A DNA stretch of 32,000 bases, from contig NZ_OZ060386.1 in NCBI RefSeq assembly GCF_964059055.1, positions 330,001-362,000 of the forward strand, read 5' to 3'. The DNA is from Buchnera aphidicola (Neophyllaphis podocarpi). GTDB lineage: Bacteria > Pseudomonadota > Gammaproteobacteria > Enterobacterales > Enterobacteriaceae. Each line of letters opens with the position of its first letter. Position 1 is the stretch's first letter. Under the pieces are notes generated by a model. It made no database searches. It was not told the origin of the DNA and saw only the letters and a list, made by a program, of their open reading frames with translations. Shown here piece by piece: positions 28,267 through 32,000 of the stretch. The position numbers and the translations under genes were made by a program.

Positions 28267-29202
28267 TTAAATAGTAATATCTATTATACATTTTGGTATT
28301 AAAAAACCTTTAATATTATAAATAGCTATACCAAAAAAAATTTTTTTATTTCCTTCAGTTAAACGTACTAATCCTTGATTATGATTAGAAGAATAATTTA
28401 TAATTTGACCATATTTTAACTTTAAAGATTGATTATAGGATAAATTAACTTCAGGCAAAAAAGAAACAATAGAATTAGATGGTAACAATAATTTAATAAG
28501 TTTTTTTCGCATATTATTAATATATATGCCTGTATTGTTTATTGGTTTTTTTAAAAAATCCAAGGATATAAGATTAGAAGATGAATACGAAGATACTTTT
28601 AAACGTCTTAGAGAAACAACATGAGCTCCGCACCCTAAGTATTCTCCTAAATCATGAATAATAGTACGTATGTACGTACCTTTAGAACAATGAATTTTAA
28701 AAAAAATAAAATTTTTATTTTTTTTTAAAAATAAAATTTTACTAATATTAACTTTTCTAAATTTACGAAAAACCGTTAAACCTTTACGAGCATATTTATA
28801 CAATGGAATTCCATTACATTTGATAGCTGAATACATCGGAGGTAATTGACATATTTTTCCATTAAATTTATTTAGAGAATTTAAAAATTGATCATGAGTA
28901 AAATTAACCATTCTTTTACAAACTATTATTCCATCAGCATCATAAGTAGATGTAGAAACACCAAAACAAGCTTCTACTTCATAAACTTTATTAGAATTAA
29001 GTAAAAATTGAGATAATTTAGTAGCTTTACCTATGCAAATAGGTAACATACCAGTAGCTATAGGATCTAAAGAACCCGTATGACCTACTTTATTAAGAAA
29101 AAATATTGATTTAATTTTTTTTACAACATCATTAGATGTTATTCCTTTAGGTTTATCTAGTAGTAATATTCCTTGAATTTTTTTATATTCATAAGGAATC
29201 AT
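28267..29202 (-). CDS. truB: tRNA pseudouridine-55 synthase
   Basis: 311-aa ORF. GILLLDKPKGITSND, the catalytic-Asp motif GHTGSLDPIATGMLPICIGKATK and PPMYSAIK are colinear with E. coli TruB. Confidence 0.94.
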   Translation of the reverse strand: MIPYEYKKIQGILLLDKPKGITSNDVVKKIKSIFFLNKVGHTGSLDPIATGMLPICIGKATKLSQFLLNSNKVYEVEACFGVSTSTYDADGIIVCKRMVNFTHDQFLNSLNKFNGKICQLPPMYSAIKCNGIPLYKYARKGLTVFRKFRKVNISKILFLKKNKNFIFFKIHCSKGTYIRTIIHDLGEYLGCGAHVVSLRRLKVSSYSSSNLISLDFLKKPINNTGIYINNMRKKLIKLLLPSNSIVSFLPEVNLSYNQSLKLKYGQIINYSSNHNQGLVRLTEGNKKIFFGIAIYNIKGFLIPKCIIDITI

Positions 29203-29238
29203 AAAAATAACCTTTTTTATTAATTTATTTAATATGTT

Positions 29239-29604
29239 TTATTTAATATTCATAGTTTTATTAATAATATTAGATATATAAATTCCTTTAACTAAAGAGT
29301 CATCATAAACAAAACTTAATTTAGGAACAACACGTAAATTTAAATTTTTACGTAGTATTATACGAATATAATCAGATGCTTTAATTAAAATATTCATAGT
29401 TTTTCTAATCATATTTTTCTCATCATTATTATATAAAGTCACGAATATTTTAGCGGAAGATAAATCACGAGATAATTTTACATGTGATATGGTTATAAAT
29501 ACGCAATTTATGCGAGGATCTCTAATTTTTCTATATAAGATACTCATTATTTCTTTTTTAATTTCTTCAGAAATACGACTAGATCTAAAAAATAAATTAT
29601 TCAT
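29239..29604 (-). CDS. rbfA: Ribosome-binding factor A
   Basis: 121-aa ORF. R.SRISEEIKKEI..IL.RKIRDPR..., LSRDLS.AKIFVT and LRVVPKLSFVYDDSL are colinear with E. coli RbfA. Confidence 0.9.
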   Translation of the reverse strand: MNNLFFRSSRISEEIKKEIMSILYRKIRDPRINCVFITISHVKLSRDLSSAKIFVTLYNNDEKNMIRKTMNILIKASDYIRIILRKNLNLRVVPKLSFVYDDSLVKGIYISNIINKTMNIK

Positions 29605-29641
29605 GCAAAAAAATCTCTAATTTTATTTTAAATTAAATTTA

Positions 29642-32000
29642 TTAAATAGTACTATTTACTTTTGTTAATTTTAATACTTCAATAATATCATCAGAACATA
29701 CATCATTATAGTTTTTAATTCCAATTCCACATTCAACACCACTACGAATTTCATTTACATCTTCTTTAAAACGACGCAAAGATTCTAATTGTCCTTTATA
29801 AACACAAGTACCATTTCTTAATATACGTATAGAGCTATTACGTTTAACAAATCCTTCTGTTACAATACAACCGGCTATTAAACCAAATTTAGGAGATTTA
29901 AATACATTTCTAACTTTAGCTAAACCAATAATTTCATATTTATATTCTGGTGAAATCATGTTATTCATCATTAAATTAATTTCTTCAATAAGCTTATATA
30001 TTATAGAATGATATATATAATTAATATTTTCTTTTTCTATAATACGTTTCAATGAATTATTTAGTTTAATGTTAAATCCTATAATTAATGAACTGGATGC
30101 AATAGCTAAAGAAACATCTGTTTCTGTAATATTACCAATACCAGAATGTATGATATTAATTTTTATTTTATCGTTTGATAAGCTACATAATGAACTACAG
30201 ATTGATTCTAAAGATCCGTGTACATTCGATTTTAATATTATATTAAAATTTATTAATTTATTTTTATCTATACTTGAAAAAATATTTTCTGTTTTACTTT
30301 TTTCTCTACGTAATAATTTAACTTCTCTATTTTTTGCTTGTCTGTAATATGCAATATCTCGAGCTTGTTTTTCGCTATTTACTACATTAATAATATCCCC
30401 AGGAATAGGAATACCAGATAAACCTAATATAGTTACAGGAATAGATGGTTCTGCTGATTTTATTTCTTCTCCTAATTCATTAAATAAAGCTCTTATTTTT
30501 CCATATTCTAAACCACACAAAACTATATTACCTTTCTTTAATACTCCTTGACGTATTAATACAGTAGCTATAGGACCTCTACCTTTATCAAGAAAGGATT
30601 CAATTACAACACCCTTAGCAAGTCCAGAAAATGTAGTTTTAATATCCAAAATTTCAGATTGCAAAGAAATAGAATTTAATAAATCTTGTATACCAATATC
30701 TTTCTTAGCTGAAATATTTACAAAAATATTATCTCCTCCCCATTCTTCTGGAACAATATTATATTTTACTAATTCATTTTTAATCTTTAATATTTTTGTT
30801 AGCTCAGATTTATCTATTTTATTTATAGCAACAATAATAGGAACTTTAGCAAAATTTGCATGATTTATAGATTCTATAGTCTGAGGCATTACACCATCAT
30901 CCGCAGCTATTACTAAAACAATAATATCTGTGATTTTAGCTCCTCTAGATCTTATAGAGGTAAATGCTTCATGCCCAGGAGTATCAATGAAAGTAATAAT
31001 ACTATTGTTATGTCTTACATAATACGCGCCAATATTTTGAGTAATACCTCCAGGTTCTTTAGAAGCTAGATCAGTAGAACGAATACGATCTAAAAGTGAA
31101 GTTTTTCCATGATCTACATGACCCATTATTGCAACAACAGGTGGTCTTGTTTTTTTTATATGAGTTATATTAGAATTTTCAATATCCTTAATTAACAAAC
31201 TTTCTAATTTATTAGATTCATACAAAGTTACTTTATGACCCATTTCTTCTGCAACTAATTGAGCTGTTTCTTGATCTATTAACTGATTTATTGTAACAAT
31301 GCTACCCATATTCATTAATAACTTAATAACTATAGAACTCTTTACAGCCATTTTATTTGATAAATCTGCAACTGTAATAGTTTCTCCTATAGTAATATTT
31401 CGGTTAATATTTTTTTTAGGTTTTTTAAAACTCTGATGTAAAATATTATTTTTAAAATTTTTAGTTTTATTTTTATTTAACATATTAAAACTATGATCTT
31501 TAAATTTTCTTTTTTTAAATCTAGCACTTTTATTATTAATTTTACGTATTTTATCTAATTTTGTATAACGATCATCTTTATTTAATTTAAAATTATTAGA
31601 TAATTTAGAACTAAATTCCTTTTTATTATTTCTAATAACATTTTTTTTATTTTTAAATGTAGTTTTTGATTCTTTTTTTAACTTAACAGAAAAATTTTTA
31701 TTATTATTTTTATTTGCAGAATAAACCTTAGATTTATATTGTATATCTTTTAAATTATTTTTATTAATTATTTCTTTCTGTTTATTATAAGAATTATTAA
31801 CAGTATCTTTTGATGAAACTAAGTTTTTCAAATCAGTTGCGCTTTTATTATGGTTTTTTTTAATTATTTTATTTTTTATTGATAAATTTTGTGTATTAGA
31901 AGAACTTATAAGATTAATTTTATTTGTAATTTTATTATTTTTTTTATACAATAATTTAGAGTTTTTTAAATAAGTTTTATTTTTTCTAAACTCAATTTTT
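29642..32000 (-). CDS. infB: Translation initiation factor IF-2; 5' end probably lies beyond the right edge of the window
   Basis: G domain [25 protein letters not shown]. The C-terminal domains are colinear with E. coli IF2 to the end (..[19 protein letters not shown]). The frame stays open from the track's TTG start (31951) up to position 32000. E. coli IF2 has about 120 more N-terminal residues before the G domain, so the true start is likely outside the window. Confidence 0.93.
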   Translation of the reverse strand, partial: KIEFRKNKTYLKNSKLLYKKNNKITNKINLISSSNTQNLSIKNKIIKKNHNKSATDLKNLVSSKDTVNNSYNKQKEIINKNNLKDIQYKSKVYSANKNNNKNFSVKLKKESKTTFKNKKNVIRNNKKEFSSKLSNNFKLNKDDRYTKLDKIRKINNKSARFKKRKFKDHSFNMLNKNKTKNFKNNILHQSFKKPKKNINRNITIGETITVADLSNKMAVKSSIVIKLLMNMGSIVTINQLIDQETAQLVAEEMGHKVTLYESNKLESLLIKDIENSNITHIKKTRPPVVAIMGHVDHGKTSLLDRIRSTDLASKEPGGITQNIGAYYVRHNNSIITFIDTPGHEAFTSIRSRGAKITDIIVLVIAADDGVMPQTIESINHANFAKVPIIVAINKIDKSELTKILKIKNELVKYNIVPEEWGGDNIFVNISAKKDIGIQDLLNSISLQSEILDIKTTFSGLAKGVVIESFLDKGRGPIATVLIRQGVLKKGNIVLCGLEYGKIRALFNELGEEIKSAEPSIPVTILGLSGIPIPGDIINVVNSEKQARDIAYYRQAKNREVKLLRREKSKTENIFSSIDKNKLINFNIILKSNVHGSLESICSSLCSLSNDKIKINIIHSGIGNITETDVSLAIASSSLIIGFNIKLNNSLKRIIEKENINYIYHSIIYKLIEEINLMMNNMISPEYKYEIIGLAKVRNVFKSPKFGLIAGCIVTEGFVKRNSSIRILRNGTCVYKGQLESLRRFKEDVNEIRSGVECGIGIKNYNDVCSDDIIEVLKLTKVNSTI

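Noticed and set aside
30069-30347. 92-aa plus-strand ORF
   Set aside because: It is antisense to infB domain C1/C2 and is a shadow ORF.
1-32000. Search for a novel defence system, mobile element, toxin-antitoxin pair, CRISPR array or RNA gene anywhere in the window
   Set aside because: Every ORF of meaningful length maps to a conserved housekeeping family in E. coli-like order. There are no direct-repeat/spacer arrays, no integrase, transposase or phage genes, and no G+C-rich islands compatible with tRNA, rRNA or tmRNA. The window looks like an ordinary core region of a reduced symbiont genome.

Overview
The window is a gene-dense stretch of a very A+T-rich, reduced gammaproteobacterial insect-endosymbiont chromosome. 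By eye it is roughly one-fifth G+C, and some spacers are near 5% G+C.

Gene order is: murJ | rne | rluC-rpmF-fabD-fabG-acpP-tmk-holB-ycfH-ptsG-hinT | ycaR | asnS-pncB-yceA-valS-pepA | argI-ridA | deaD-pnp-rpsO-truB-rbfA-infB. These are E. coli-like blocks with many genes deleted. From memory the order fits Buchnera aphidicola best; the strain cannot be determined here.

I can support 26 protein genes, all housekeeping. Three are missing from the ORF track: murJ (runs off the left edge), rpmF and ycaR.

I saw no rRNA, tRNA, CRISPR array, IS/transposase, phage or defence genes. I therefore do not find a novel multi-gene system in this window.

The most interesting observations are:
1. rluC, fabG and hinT each have their SD-preceded ATG out of frame with the conserved body. 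The break falls in a 5'-proximal poly(A) tract that is exactly one A short. This fits the poly(A) slippage rescue described for endosymbionts, or a homopolymer sequencing error.
2. The RNase E C-terminal half is unrecognisable, but about 400 codons stay open in roughly 5-10% G+C DNA.
3. Three unusually strong hairpins occur in transcript-sense orientation: a 44-nt perfect palindrome between rpsO and pnp, a 23-bp-arm inverted repeat between pncB and asnS, and the acpP terminator.
4. A 704-bp gene-free hyper-AT spacer and several tight junctions mark likely gene loss.
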